64,000 bases of DNA from Synechococcus sp. (GCA_047285535.1 JBJBDC010000001.1:1056136-1120135), one strand, 5' to 3'; counted from the first letter of the stretch, positions 9,682 through 19,800 are shown. Program-made: numbers and translations. Notes: generated from the letters alone by a model not told the origin.

Positions 9682-9897
9682 ATGAAATGGAAAGTCTCCA
9701 AAGCTTGGACCAGCGTTCTTCCACACAATGGATTTCGTCACTTCATGTTAATTAGCCATGGAGGGAAAGGTCTTGATCGCTGGGTGGAACTAGAAGCAGT
9801 CCTCAATCGGTGCGTTCGTATTCGAATCGGGTGGAACCAACTAAAAAATCAAAATCTTTGGACTAGTGGTTGGCAACAACTTCCACCACAAGAATGA
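9682..9897 (+). CDS. TIGR02450 family Trp-rich protein
   Basis: KAWTS..P..G.RHF...WVELEAVL...W.QLK....W.SGW.QL. Confidence 0.85.
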   Translation: MKWKVSKAWTSVLPHNGFRHFMLISHGGKGLDRWVELEAVLNRCVRIRIGWNQLKNQNLWTSGWQQLPPQE

Positions 9898-10163
9898 ATA
9901 GAGCTTCCACTTCGATCTACAAACCAAGGCTTTTTATAGCAAACAAGCTTCGCGGTTCGCCATAAGGCTGGATGAGAGAGATCAAACTCTGAACAAGTCT
10001 CATGAGCACTTTTCAAAGCAAGTCCTCATGAATATTTCAAGCATTCATGTCAGATCAAATCCACAATCTAAATGCGATCTTCCGCTGAGCTGCCATTGCA
10101 GTCAAGTGTTTCACTGACGTTCTTCGCTCGCAGACCGACCATCAATCTCGCCACAATGCTTGT

Positions 10164-10820
10164 ATGACAGTTCAAGTACTAAGCGAATCACAGCGCTTTA
10201 AGCTCGATCGCGAGCCTGATCTTATTTTTTATGCGGAACCTCGATTTGTTCAGCATCTCGATGAAGGTTTTAGAGATCGTCTCACAATGTTCTACAAAGA
10301 GCACATCCCTTCAGGTGCTGTTGTTCTTGATTTAGGTTCCTCTTGGGTCAGTCACTTACCAGAAGATATTGATTACGAACGCGTTATAGGTCACGGTATG
10401 AATTCAGCCGAACTTGAAGCGAATTCAAGGCTTGACAGTTACTACGTGCAAGATATGAACCTGGAGCCAAGGATTCCACTCAAGAATGAGTCGGTTGATG
10501 TTTGTCTTGCCGTTGCAGCCTGGCAGTACTGGACACAACCAGAGGAAGTTGCGGCTGAGATGCTTAGAGTAACAAGACCAAATGGTACAGCTATCGTTGC
10601 TTTTTCGAACCGGATGTTTTTCACAAAGGCACCTCAAGTTTGGACTGACAGCAATGACAACCAGCATCTTGATTATGTTGGTACTGTGCTAAAAGCCAAT
10701 GGCTGGAGCGACGTGATGATCTTTGCAGAACAGACAAAAGCTAGCGGAATAAGGGGATTATTGGGTGGGAAAGGCGACCCATTTTTTGCTGTTGTCGCTC
10801 GTAAAAGCATCGGCTGCTGA
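10164..10820 (+). CDS. Class I SAM-dependent methyltransferase
   Basis: KLD.EPD..FY.EPRFV.HLD, VLDLGSSWVSHLP, GHGMN..EL..N.RLD, FSNRMF.TKA. Confidence 0.9.
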   Translation: MTVQVLSESQRFKLDREPDLIFYAEPRFVQHLDEGFRDRLTMFYKEHIPSGAVVLDLGSSWVSHLPEDIDYERVIGHGMNSAELEANSRLDSYYVQDMNLEPRIPLKNESVDVCLAVAAWQYWTQPEEVAAEMLRVTRPNGTAIVAFSNRMFFTKAPQVWTDSNDNQHLDYVGTVLKANGWSDVMIFAEQTKASGIRGLLGGKGDPFFAVVARKSIGC

Positions 10821-10956
10821 GAGCCAATCATTGGAGAATTTTCTAGCGATTTTTGGTGAAGTGAGATCACACTTCGATCAAATTGAAGGTCTAACTCCAC
10901 TTGAATCAAACAGAGCTAGCCAATGTATTTGGCTCCTGAACAAGAGAGAAAAGAAC

Positions 10957-12489
10957 TTATAGGTCTAGGAAGCGAAGTAACTCACACTGAGCCCGACGAC
11001 CAGTAATCGCATGGGCAGCCATCGCACCACTTGCAGCCACAGGAGGGATACCGATGCCAGGAAAACAACTAGCACCGCACTGAAAGAGACCCTTGATTGG
11101 AGTCGTCACCCCTGGGAAGAGACCCTTCGCAGCCGATAAAGCAGGTCCATAACTTCCTTGGTGTGTTGAAAGGTAATGATGATGCGTCAGAGGAGTCCCC
11201 TCCATCACCACTTGGCAACGACTGCGGATGTCAGGGATTCGTTGTTGCAGCACATCCCAAAAAACTTGACAGCGTCGACCCCGCTTTTCCAGATAGGCAA
11301 GCGTGCCCCGTTCAAGCTTGGCCCACTCAGACCAGGGTTCATTGGCTGGCGTGTATGCATGCAATACATGGTGTCCAGCCGGCGCCATGGACTGATCAAG
11401 AACAGAAGGAATCGAAACGACAACAGCATTGCGGTCAGCGTCAATTCCCCGCTCCCAATCTCCGACCCAGACTGTATGAATCGGAAGGTCTTCAAGACCG
11501 GTCGCATCAAATCCGAGATGAAGATGCAGAAAGGAATGACAAGCAGGTGTGGATTGCATTTCTTGACACCAAGCCATGGCAGCCGTTTCTGGTAGCAGTT
11601 CCGCCGTACCCCAAGCATCCGCATTGCTCACCACATAATCGGCATGCAGCGTTTCACCATTGCTGAGTTCCACGCCAACAGCTCGATCACCGTCAAGCAA
11701 CACCTGACGGACTCTTGATCCAAGCTGCAAAGTGCCGCCATGCACTTCCAAACCGCAAACCAGAGCGTTCACCACAGACGCGCTACCACCACGCGGAAAC
11801 TCGAGGCAAGATTCAGGATCAAACCAATCACCAAACAACGTTGCCATTGCTGCTGCGTTCGTGGCTCCCATCGGCATGCCGCTGATCAAAAAACACAGCA
11901 AATCAACCCAATGCCGAAGGAAAGGATCCTGCAAGTGCTGATCCACCAGAGGACCGAAAGCAGCACTGAGATGTCGGAAGGCAGGTAGATGCCGTACTAG
12001 ACGACCACTACGCCGCAATAAAGGAACAATTCCATCCAGCGATGCTGGCAATGCCAACAAGGGCAATGCTTCTGCCGCAGCTGCAATCGGCAGAAGCACA
12101 TCAGTGAAGCGCTGCCACTCGTCCACAGCTTCAGGTCCACGTAACGTCTCCACCACCTGCTCGAAAGCATCACATCCAACCCCAACGTGGAAAAGCCCCT
12201 CAGGGAGCATCACATCCCAGTCCTTGTAGGTCAGGACGTCCAAAGACTGACCCAGCGCACGCAGAATCTGAGCAAGCGGGTTAGTGCTGGGCCAGCGGGA
12301 CAGACCGCTCCAAAGAGATGGACCTGATTCAAAGCGATAACCATGACGTTCAAAGCCATGGGCCGCACCTCCAGGCTGACTATGGGCTTCCAGAACCAAC
12401 ACCTCCTTTCCTGCCCGGGCAGTGAGTCCGGCACAACACAAGCCGCCAACACCGCTGCCTATCACGATCACCTCAGTGCTTTTCGGCAT
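10957..12489 (-). CDS. Phytoene desaturase/carotenoid isomerase (CrtH/CrtISO-like) FAD oxidoreductase
   Basis: VIVIGSGVGG FAD motif, PGGAAH.F...GY.FESGPSL, GTPLTH, FPGIGIPPVAASG. Confidence 0.85.
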   Translation of the reverse strand: MPKSTEVIVIGSGVGGLCCAGLTARAGKEVLVLEAHSQPGGAAHGFERHGYRFESGPSLWSGLSRWPSTNPLAQILRALGQSLDVLTYKDWDVMLPEGLFHVGVGCDAFEQVVETLRGPEAVDEWQRFTDVLLPIAAAAEALPLLALPASLDGIVPLLRRSGRLVRHLPAFRHLSAAFGPLVDQHLQDPFLRHWVDLLCFLISGMPMGATNAAAMATLFGDWFDPESCLEFPRGGSASVVNALVCGLEVHGGTLQLGSRVRQVLLDGDRAVGVELSNGETLHADYVVSNADAWGTAELLPETAAMAWCQEMQSTPACHSFLHLHLGFDATGLEDLPIHTVWVGDWERGIDADRNAVVVSIPSVLDQSMAPAGHHVLHAYTPANEPWSEWAKLERGTLAYLEKRGRRCQVFWDVLQQRIPDIRSRCQVVMEGTPLTHHHYLSTHQGSYGPALSAAKGLFPGVTTPIKGLFQCGASCFPGIGIPPVAASGAMAAHAITGRRAQCELLRFLDL

Positions 12490-13296
12490 CGATCCCTTAA
12501 CGACTTTCTCGTTGTAGTTAAGACAAACGATTGGTCTCAGGCAAAATCAGACAGACAAAAGATCACCAAAGTCACATTGAACCCCTAAAAAAGAGCCTAC
12601 GCTTCCAGGCGATAGCAGACATTAAAAAGAAAGAAATACCTTCAATATATTATCTCAAACCACAGAAAACCGAAAATCACTGACCAGCCTGTCCATGAAC
12701 AAATGGCCGCTTGATTTTATTAGTCACCGCCTCTGCTTTCCTCATAGCAATCAGGCAATTTAGATCTGAATCAACCAAAGCAAACTAGATTTGAGCCTTG
12801 GCCACTTTGAGCTCTCAGTTGAAATCATAACAAAAACCGCTTCAGGATCAAAGATCAAGACAATACCGACGACCCAAGCCTAACGAACTCACAAAACCCA
12901 CCAATTTATTCACAAACAATTCATTCATGAGCAAATTCATTCATTAGCAGCCACTCTAATGCAGGACCTTTGAGCAATCGACAACCCAAATACCATGCAA
13001 TAAACTATACACAATTAAGCTTGATCTCCCGACACCATTTTACATCAAGAACATGAACGCATACCCGGCATCCCAACAATGTCTGGCAAGTGATGCACAA
13101 TTCATGACGATCATTCAACCCTTTTCTTAGATACAGAAAACTTGCCAAAGCATCGGCAAAGGCAAAAGTTAAGACTTGACTGTCTTTGCTTTGTCCTTCA
13201 TAGACAATTCGATTCACAGCCAGTCACAACTAGGCTCGTATCAAGACATATCCCCATCTGACAATCCGCTGTAATGAGTAGAAATTTCAGTTTTCT

Positions 13297-14058
13297 ATGC
13301 CAGAACCAAATTCCCAGGGCGAGACCCAGCTTTTGTTTTGGCGTCGTACGCCACCCTTAGTGCTTCCCATGGTGGTGTTGAGCTTTGGACTTGTGATTGC
13401 TGGGGCTGTTGCAGTGAGAGGGATTCGCACAGCGACCGACACAGTCACCGTTACAGGCGCCAGCACAGAGAGGCTAAAGAGCGACTTTGCAGACTGGACC
13501 GTGACAGTGAGCGGCAGTGGCTTGAGCCAGCAACAGGCCTATCAGAATCTTCAACCGGATTTAGAACGGACCCTCGCATTCCTGCGCGATGCAGAGATCC
13601 CCGAGAGCAGCACCCAACTAAGCGTTTTGAAGACTGACCGTAACGACATTCGAAATCGTGTCACCGGAAGCCTTACCAATACAGAGTGGACAGTGCGTCA
13701 GTCGATCCAGATTGCCAGCTCGGATGTGGAATTAATCCGAAAGGCATCGAACAGCATCAGCAACCTCATCGGTGATGGCGTGTCGTTATCAATTCAGCCA
13801 CCGGCCTATACCTACACAAAACTGGCGGAAAAGCGAGTCGACATGCTTGCAAAAGCCACGTCCGATGCTCGAGATCGAGCTATTGCGATTGCTCGTCAAG
13901 CAGGGTCAGGCATTGGAGCCATTACCAATGCCGACACAGGCACATTTCAAATCACAGTGCCGAACTCAACCAAAATGGGGAGTTATGGCTCCTATGACAC
14001 CAGCACTATTGAAAAAGACATCACCGCCGTAATGGGAGTGACGTTCAGAGTGCAGTGA
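13297..14058 (+). CDS. SIMPL (DUF541) domain protein
   Basis: N-terminal TM, VTVTGAS, MLAKAT.DARDRA..IA, GTFQIT, DTSTIEKDITAV. Confidence 0.85.
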   Translation: MPEPNSQGETQLLFWRRTPPLVLPMVVLSFGLVIAGAVAVRGIRTATDTVTVTGASTERLKSDFADWTVTVSGSGLSQQQAYQNLQPDLERTLAFLRDAEIPESSTQLSVLKTDRNDIRNRVTGSLTNTEWTVRQSIQIASSDVELIRKASNSISNLIGDGVSLSIQPPAYTYTKLAEKRVDMLAKATSDARDRAIAIARQAGSGIGAITNADTGTFQITVPNSTKMGSYGSYDTSTIEKDITAVMGVTFRVQ

Positions 14059-14591
14059 TCTTTCTTCCATTCATCCTCTTAGGACTGGCCTGGCTGCAGG
14101 AAGGCATCGACCAACTTCTTCTAGGTGGTCGATGGAATTTAGCCATGGGACCTGGAACTCCCTGGTGGACCCTTTTAACGGCTCCGTTCAGCCATGGAGA
14201 TTTGGGTCACCTCATCGGGAATAGCGTTGTGTTTCTACCTCTCAGCTACCTAGTTTTGCTCAGAGGTCTCCGATCTTATGTAGCGATCTGGATCTCCGTC
14301 ATTTTGCTCGAAATACCGGTCTGGATTTTTTGGCCTACTGGAAGCCATGGACTCTCAGGAGTCGTGTATGGCCTGATTGGCTACCTCCTACTCATCGGCT
14401 TTCTCGAACGAAGAGTCGTTGCAATCGCTTTGAGCATGATTGTGCTTGCTCTTTATGGCAGTGCCCTTCCAGGATTGCTGCCATGGGCATCACCTGCTGG
14501 TGTGAGCTGGATTGGTCATGCCAGTGGATTCACAGCTGGCCTTCTAGCTGCTGGAGCTATGTCACGAGAACCAAATCAGCCATCCTCCTGA
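14055..14591 (+). CDS. Rhomboid family intramembrane serine protease
   Basis: APFSHGDLGHLIGN, GLSG catalytic Ser, SWIGHASG catalytic His. Confidence 0.9.
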   Translation: MIFLPFILLGLAWLQEGIDQLLLGGRWNLAMGPGTPWWTLLTAPFSHGDLGHLIGNSVVFLPLSYLVLLRGLRSYVAIWISVILLEIPVWIFWPTGSHGLSGVVYGLIGYLLLIGFLERRVVAIALSMIVLALYGSALPGLLPWASPAGVSWIGHASGFTAGLLAAGAMSREPNQPSS

Positions 14592-14800
14592 TCATCAACG
14601 GACTGAAGAAATCGACCAGACAGGCGAACAGCCAAGACAGAGCAGGCAGCTCCATAGCCAATAAAAGTGGCCACTTGACCGAAGGAGCCTGCTTTATAAA
14701 CCTCTCCACCAAGCAACAACCAATCAACAACTGAGGAGGCGGTGCCCCAAACCACAACCCAGACCGAAACGTAAAGCATCCCTCTCACGGTGTTGTTCAT
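14576..14800 (-). CDS. Small membrane protein
   Basis: Two hydrophobic segments. Start taken at MNNTVRG. Confidence 0.7.
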   Translation of the reverse strand: MNNTVRGMLYVSVWVVVWGTASSVVDWLLLGGEVYKAGSFGQVATFIGYGAACSVLAVRLSGRFLQSVDDQEDG

Positions 14801-14934
14801 GACAGCTCCTTTGCACAAGGTTTCGTTGATGAGACGCTAAGCCCACCATCAGTCTCATCAGAGCCATCTAGGATCGAGATCGCCTTCCAAGGGATGTCCC
14901 ATGGCCAAGATCCAAAAGGAGGCACTGTGCAGAG

Positions 14935-14969
14935 GGATTGTCAGGCTGATTGCATCAGCCTGACAATCC
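14935..14969. repeat. Perfect 16-bp inverted repeat with 3-nt spacer
   Basis: GGATTGTCAGGCTGAT-TGC-ATCAGCCTGACAATCC. Confidence 0.9.
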
Positions 14970-15006
14970 AACGGCTTTTAGCTAAACACCTCTTAGAGAT
15001 AAGCCT

Positions 15007-15240
15007 TTGGGGACAGTGCCACCAGTGACTGAAAGTAATCAGCAACAGCCAGTCGTCATCAAACAAGGAGGCGGCGGCACTGGCATTGGCCTGGTTCTGG
15101 CGGCATTGATTCTTGGGGGTGCAATCGTCTATTCCGTCACAATCTGGTCTAACACTCAGAAAAAAATGATCGAGGCGCCCAAAGAAGCAATCCAGAAGGG
15201 CGTAGACACGATTAAAAAAGCGATTCAGCCTGACTCCTGA
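15007..15240 (+). CDS. Small single-TM protein
   Basis: QQPVVIKQGGGG followed by a TM helix and an amphipathic tail. Start uncertain. Confidence 0.7.
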   Translation: MGTVPPVTESNQQQPVVIKQGGGGTGIGLVLAALILGGAIVYSVTIWSNTQKKMIEAPKEAIQKGVDTIKKAIQPDS

Positions 15241-15296
15241 CCACGAGACCCTGAAAGTGCTGATCCGAAGACCGTATCAATAAAGGGATTCAAACT

Positions 15297-15521
15297 TCAC
15301 CCTCCTTCAAGTGATTGCTGCTGGCTGTGGTGGCGGTAGAGGTCGCTATCTCCATCAGCATCAATCTCTGATTTTGTTCGGTCCTGGGCATGGATTCCGA
15401 CCTGGAGAATTTCAGCATCTGTGACTTGTGGGTCCGAGCTAGCCTCATTTTCTTCCCGAGCGATCGCCCGCTGATAGGCAGAGGTGACGTCCGAAGACCC
15501 GCCGTTACGATCAGAAGCCAT
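15297..15521 (-). CDS. Small acidic hypothetical protein
   Basis: 74-aa ATG ORF filling the gap divergent from nth. Disordered acidic composition. Confidence 0.5.
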   Translation of the reverse strand: MASDRNGGSSDVTSAYQRAIAREENEASSDPQVTDAEILQVGIHAQDRTKSEIDADGDSDLYRHHSQQQSLEGG

Positions 15522-15572
15522 GGCCGCAGAAGCAGTGCCGTCATGATGGCATCCCTACATCTCAATGAGACA

Positions 15573-16226
15573 TTGCTCAAAAAAGAGCGCGCCGCCCTTG
15601 TGCTTAAACGCCTGGAGGAGCACTATCCGGATCCCCCCATTCCCCTTGATCACAACGATCCATTCACTCTGCTGATCGCTGTCCTGCTCAGCGCACAATG
15701 CACGGATAAAAAAGTCAACGAAGTCACACCAGCATTGTTCGCGGCAGGACCAACGCCCAAGGCCATGTCGGCATTAACCAAAGACGAGATTTTCGGACAT
15801 ATCCGCCAGCTCGGTCTTGCCAAAACCAAAGCCAGCAACGTGCTCAAACTCGCTCAGCTTCTGATCGATCGACATGATGGGATCGTCCCCAGCAACTTTG
15901 AAGAACTGGAAGCCCTCCCAGGAGTTGGACACAAGACTGCAAGCGTCGTCATGGCTCAAGCATTCGGGGTACCGGCCTTCCCCGTGGACACACATATTCA
16001 TCGATTGTCTCAACGTTGGGGGCTGAGCAATGGAGACAGCGTGGAGCGCACAGAAAAAGATCTTAAATTGCTCTTCCCTATTGAGAAATGGAACCGGCTT
16101 CACCTCCAAATTATTTATTTTGGTCGCGAGCATTGCACTGCTCGTGGATGCGATGGAACGATTTGCTCGATGTGCTGCGAGCTCTACCCGAAACGCCGAA
16201 GCCCAGTAATCTGGCGCAGGCCATAA
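15573..16226 (+). CDS. nth: Endonuclease III
   Basis: LLSAQCTD, LPGVGHKTA HhH motif, FPVDTHIHR, C-x4-C-x4-C..C cluster. Start taken at TTG 15573. Confidence 0.95.
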   Translation: MLKKERAALVLKRLEEHYPDPPIPLDHNDPFTLLIAVLLSAQCTDKKVNEVTPALFAAGPTPKAMSALTKDEIFGHIRQLGLAKTKASNVLKLAQLLIDRHDGIVPSNFEELEALPGVGHKTASVVMAQAFGVPAFPVDTHIHRLSQRWGLSNGDSVERTEKDLKLLFPIEKWNRLHLQIIYFGREHCTARGCDGTICSMCCELYPKRRSPVIWRRP

Positions 16227-16284
16227 CTCCAACCGCAGAGCGAGTCAAACCTCTGTTACAATTTGTTGAGATTCATTTCAACTC

Positions 16285-16521
16285 ATGGAACGTACGTCAG
16301 CTAACGATGCCTGGTTCCAGAACCAAGCAGCAGGCTCCATTCACCAAGACCAGCTCAAGAAAGTTGAACTTTTTAATGGCCGAGCTGCCATGCTTGGCTT
16401 CGTCATCGGAGTTATCACGGAAGGGCTCACGGGCCAAGGGATTCTCCATCAGATCGGCCTAGGGCCACTCGTTGACGGGTATGTGACATGCAGCACACAG
16501 ATGCTTCCATTCTGTTTCTGA
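16285..16521 (+). CDS. hli: High-light inducible protein
   Basis: ELFNGRAAMLGF chlorophyll-binding motif. Confidence 0.9.
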   Translation: MERTSANDAWFQNQAAGSIHQDQLKKVELFNGRAAMLGFVIGVITEGLTGQGILHQIGLGPLVDGYVTCSTQMLPFCF

Positions 16522-16595
16522 TCAGAAATTGATCAAAAATCAGACCTTGGCGTCGGCCCCACAGCATTAGGGTTGTGGGGTTACAAATCGAAGCC

Positions 16596-16865
16596 ATGGC
16601 TCGCAAGAGGCGCAAGCTCAGCAAAGACATGGAAGCCGAAATCAAGGCAGCCCATAAAAAAGTAGAATTCATTAGTGCGCTGATTCGAGATATCCGCGAC
16701 GAAGATATTCAGAACGAGTACGCGGAAGCTTTTGTACAGGTCCATGCAGCGAGCACCCATCTTGCTCAGCTCTATGACGCTGAAGGGATCACTGAGGAAA
16801 GTGAAGGAACTCTTGTTTTATACAAGGGCTTACTCAATCAGTTCGAAGAGGATTATGAGCTGTAG
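16596..16865 (+). CDS. Conserved hypothetical protein
   Basis: Basic N-terminus MARKRRKLSK and a helical acidic body. Confidence 0.75.
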   Translation: MARKRRKLSKDMEAEIKAAHKKVEFISALIRDIRDEDIQNEYAEAFVQVHAASTHLAQLYDAEGITEESEGTLVLYKGLLNQFEEDYEL

Positions 16866-16951
16866 GACATTTCCTAAATCTACCTTCAAACACTGAACTT
16901 TTGATAAGGATCCGTTAAAACCAGTTGGATTGCGAGGGAAGGATTTGTTCC

Positions 16952-17461
16952 ATGGCAGATCAAAATGATCCGCGCTGGTTCACGTTGCTCATGGCCAGTC
17001 GCTGGCCTATTGCTGTTGTTGCTGCTGCCTGGGCATTGGCAGTAGCTGTAACGCAAATTCTCCGTCAACCCATTCCTATTGGACTCCCACTGGACCAACC
17101 GTTCCCCGTGCGTGTTGTAGGGGGAGTCACTATTGACGATCTCAAGGCTGCGGTGCGTGTCAAAAGTGAGGGTTCACTTGCCATCGATGCTGCAGGAAGC
17201 CTCCCCGTGCAAGGCCACGTTGCTGTCACCAAACCTGTGATGGTGGAATCCAACAAAACACTAGATGTTCAAGGCAAGGTTGTGGTTGATGAGTTGAAGG
17301 CTCCAGTCCAAGTGAAAGGGATCGATGAAAATCCCATTCTTGTGGGGACAGCTGATGAAGAACAACTGAACGTGGGTGGAGCCGTGGAGGTAACTGAGAT
17401 CGGCGGACGAATCAATGTCCGACTAAGGGATGCGGCCAAATCAATATTGCCGATTCCATAA
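16952..17461 (+). CDS. Membrane-anchored Val/Gly-rich repeat protein
   Basis: N-terminal TM, then four VxGxVxV-type repeats. Abuts the pfkB start. Confidence 0.7.
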   Translation: MADQNDPRWFTLLMASRWPIAVVAAAWALAVAVTQILRQPIPIGLPLDQPFPVRVVGGVTIDDLKAAVRVKSEGSLAIDAAGSLPVQGHVAVTKPVMVESNKTLDVQGKVVVDELKAPVQVKGIDENPILVGTADEEQLNVGGAVEVTEIGGRINVRLRDAAKSILPIP

Positions 17462-18292
17462 ATGGATTCACTTCCAAGTGATCTACATCTTGCGGTCGTC
17501 GGTCACCTTGAGTGGGTCACCTTTCTTGCCGTCAATCAGCTCCCCTCTCCCGGACAGATCAGCCATGCCCATCGCTCCCTGGAAGAACCAGCTGGAGCAG
17601 GTGCCGTTGTGGCCGTCCAACTGGCGATGCTGACTGGCCGAACTGTGAACTTTTTCACTTCTCTGGGGAATGATGAGCTCGGCGCACGCAGTGAACAACG
17701 CCTGCGTGAGTTAGGTGTTAATCCGATCGTGGCCTGGCGTGACCAACCCACCCGCCGTGGCATCAGCCTTGTAGACAGCAGCGGCGATCGAGCCATCACA
17801 GTGATTGGAGATCGGCTAACACCTCTAGCTGATGATCCCCTGCCCTGGGATGACATTGCAGCTTGTGATGGCGTGTTCGTCACTGCCACCGATGCCCAAG
17901 GCCTACAACTGGCAAGAGCAGCCAATGTGTTGACAGCAACTCCACGGCTTCGGTTACCAGTTCTTCAAGAAGCTGGCGTCAAGCTTGATGCCCTGATCGG
18001 CAGCAATTTCGATCCAGGTGAGCAGCTCGAAGACGGTGCATTCACACCACCACCAAGTTTGCGAATCGCAACGGAAGGAGCTGCAGGAGGCCAACTACAG
18101 CCAGGCGGTCGATTTGAAGCGGCTCCTCTTCCTGGCCCCTTCATAGAAACCTATGGATGCGGTGACAATTTTGCAGCCGGAGTAACGGCAGGCTTAGCGG
18201 CAGGGTGGTCCACATCGGACGCAGTAGCACTCGGAGCGCAATGCGGAGCAACCTGCGCCACCTATTTCGGACCTTATAAGCCAAGCACCTAG
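17462..18292 (+). CDS. PfkB/ribokinase family carbohydrate kinase
   Basis: PAGAGAVVAVQLA, ETYGCGDNFAAG (variant of DTTGAGDxF). Confidence 0.9.
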   Translation: MDSLPSDLHLAVVGHLEWVTFLAVNQLPSPGQISHAHRSLEEPAGAGAVVAVQLAMLTGRTVNFFTSLGNDELGARSEQRLRELGVNPIVAWRDQPTRRGISLVDSSGDRAITVIGDRLTPLADDPLPWDDIAACDGVFVTATDAQGLQLARAANVLTATPRLRLPVLQEAGVKLDALIGSNFDPGEQLEDGAFTPPPSLRIATEGAAGGQLQPGGRFEAAPLPGPFIETYGCGDNFAAGVTAGLAAGWSTSDAVALGAQCGATCATYFGPYKPST

Positions 18293-18649
18293 CCAAAGCA
18301 TGAAAAACGGCGCGCATCGTCATTCTGATCAAGCCCATAAAGCAAGACCCAAGACGGGTTTGATCGCCAAAACAGAACGAAACGCAGACGTTCCATAGGG
18401 GATGACCCACTCTCTGAACTGATGACAATAATTAGCGCTGCGCGCCACCTAAAGGTGTTAATCGATGGGAAAGGGAAAAAAGACCTTCTAGAATCGTGCC
18501 AGTTTGCGTAAGAAGATACTGGCCCTATTCCAGTCTTAAAAATGGAATTAAGTTCTTTTGTTTCTAGCACCTCTGCAATCTCCACTCTTCAAACTTCCAA
18601 CAAGCTCGGCTAACATTTGACTTTGATCCAGTTGTGACGGTCGGGGCTG

Positions 18650-19705
18650 ATGCAGACGAGCCGACGCATGTTTCTCCGGCTGGTTGCAACCGCTGCATTA
18701 ACCAATGGCCTGGCCAGTGCCGTTCAATCCTCAGCTGAACCTAAGACATACCCAAAAGAAGCTTTGTCATCGCGAGGAGATCTTCGTCTTGGCTTGATCA
18801 GTGATCTCAATGGTCCCTATGGCTCAACCAGTTACAGCGCCAGTGTCTCAAAAGGGTTGCATCTCCTCTCCGAGCTGCAACCAGACCTGGTGCTCTGTGC
18901 AGGGGACATGGTTGCAGGCCAAAAACTCAGCCTTACAGATTCTCATCTTGAGGCGATGTGGGGCAGCTTTCAAACCACAATTCTCAACCCCCTTCTCAAT
19001 CAGGGGATTGGAATGATCCCAGCTATGGGCAATCACGATGCGTCCAGCCAGAAAACAGCATCTCGTTATGTGTTCTCAAGAGAACGCCAACAGGCAGAGA
19101 GATTTTGGAAGCGTCAGAAGAGGCGTTTAGGGCTGGAGTTCGGAGACTCCATTCATTACCCTTTTCAATACATCGCAAGGCGACCAGGCTTATTCGTTGT
19201 GGTGATTGATGCGTCTTCCTCGCAGGTTGATGGCAAGCAACAACGTTGGCTTGAAAAGGCTTTGGCATCAGACTTCAGATCGTCAGAGGATTGTTGCCTG
19301 GTGATGGGTCATCTGCCTCTCACCGCCATCAGTGCTGGGCGTGATCGTGTCGGAGAATGCATCACAGACGCCATTGAGCTAACCGATCTGATGCAACGTC
19401 ATCAGGTCGACCTCTATGTCTCGGGGCATCACCACGCCTGGTATCCGGGCGAACTTCGGGGACAGCGGGTCCTCAGTCTTGGGGCCATGGGAAACGGCCC
19501 CCGTCGTCTTTTGGGCAGGCAACAGTCATCCGATCCAAGTCTCACGCTGCTTGATCTCTTCCATCAAACCCACGCAGTGCGTGAAACCACATTCAGTCTG
19601 CGAACCCTTGAGTCGATCAGCGTTGATTCCCTACCCATGCAGCTGAGCTCAAAATCATTTCCAGCCTTAGCTCGACGCGAGACCTTCTGGTCTTATGGCT
19701 CCTGA
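18650..19705 (+). CDS. Tat-exported calcineurin-like metallophosphoesterase
   Basis: SRRMFL Tat signal, ISDLN, AGDMV, GNHD, GHLP, SGHHH. Confidence 0.9.
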   Translation: MQTSRRMFLRLVATAALTNGLASAVQSSAEPKTYPKEALSSRGDLRLGLISDLNGPYGSTSYSASVSKGLHLLSELQPDLVLCAGDMVAGQKLSLTDSHLEAMWGSFQTTILNPLLNQGIGMIPAMGNHDASSQKTASRYVFSRERQQAERFWKRQKRRLGLEFGDSIHYPFQYIARRPGLFVVVIDASSSQVDGKQQRWLEKALASDFRSSEDCCLVMGHLPLTAISAGRDRVGECITDAIELTDLMQRHQVDLYVSGHHHAWYPGELRGQRVLSLGAMGNGPRRLLGRQQSSDPSLTLLDLFHQTHAVRETTFSLRTLESISVDSLPMQLSSKSFPALARRETFWSYGS

Positions 19706-19734
19706 AACGACCTGTCTTCAAAAACAGCGAAAAG

Positions 19735-19764
19735 ATAAGCCCTCGCCAGAAGACGAGGGCTTAT
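19735..19764. terminator. Hairpin terminator between convergent genes (psbA 3' end)
   Basis: ATAAGCCCTCG-N8-CGAGGGCTTAT perfect stem. Confidence 0.8.
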
Positions 19765-19800
19765 AAGTGCAGTAGATCTCAACCGAAGTTGGATTCCAGA

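Noticed and set aside
11097..11666. 189-aa plus-strand ORF and neighbours
   Set aside because: Antisense shadow of the CrtH-like gene, with no motifs.
15390..15572. N-terminal extension of nth
   Set aside because: Not endonuclease III-like, and it overlaps a divergent small ORF. The true start is likely TTG 15573.
18289..18585. 98-aa minus ORF or possible remnant on the plus strand
   Set aside because: No recognisable motif in any frame, so I cannot support a call.
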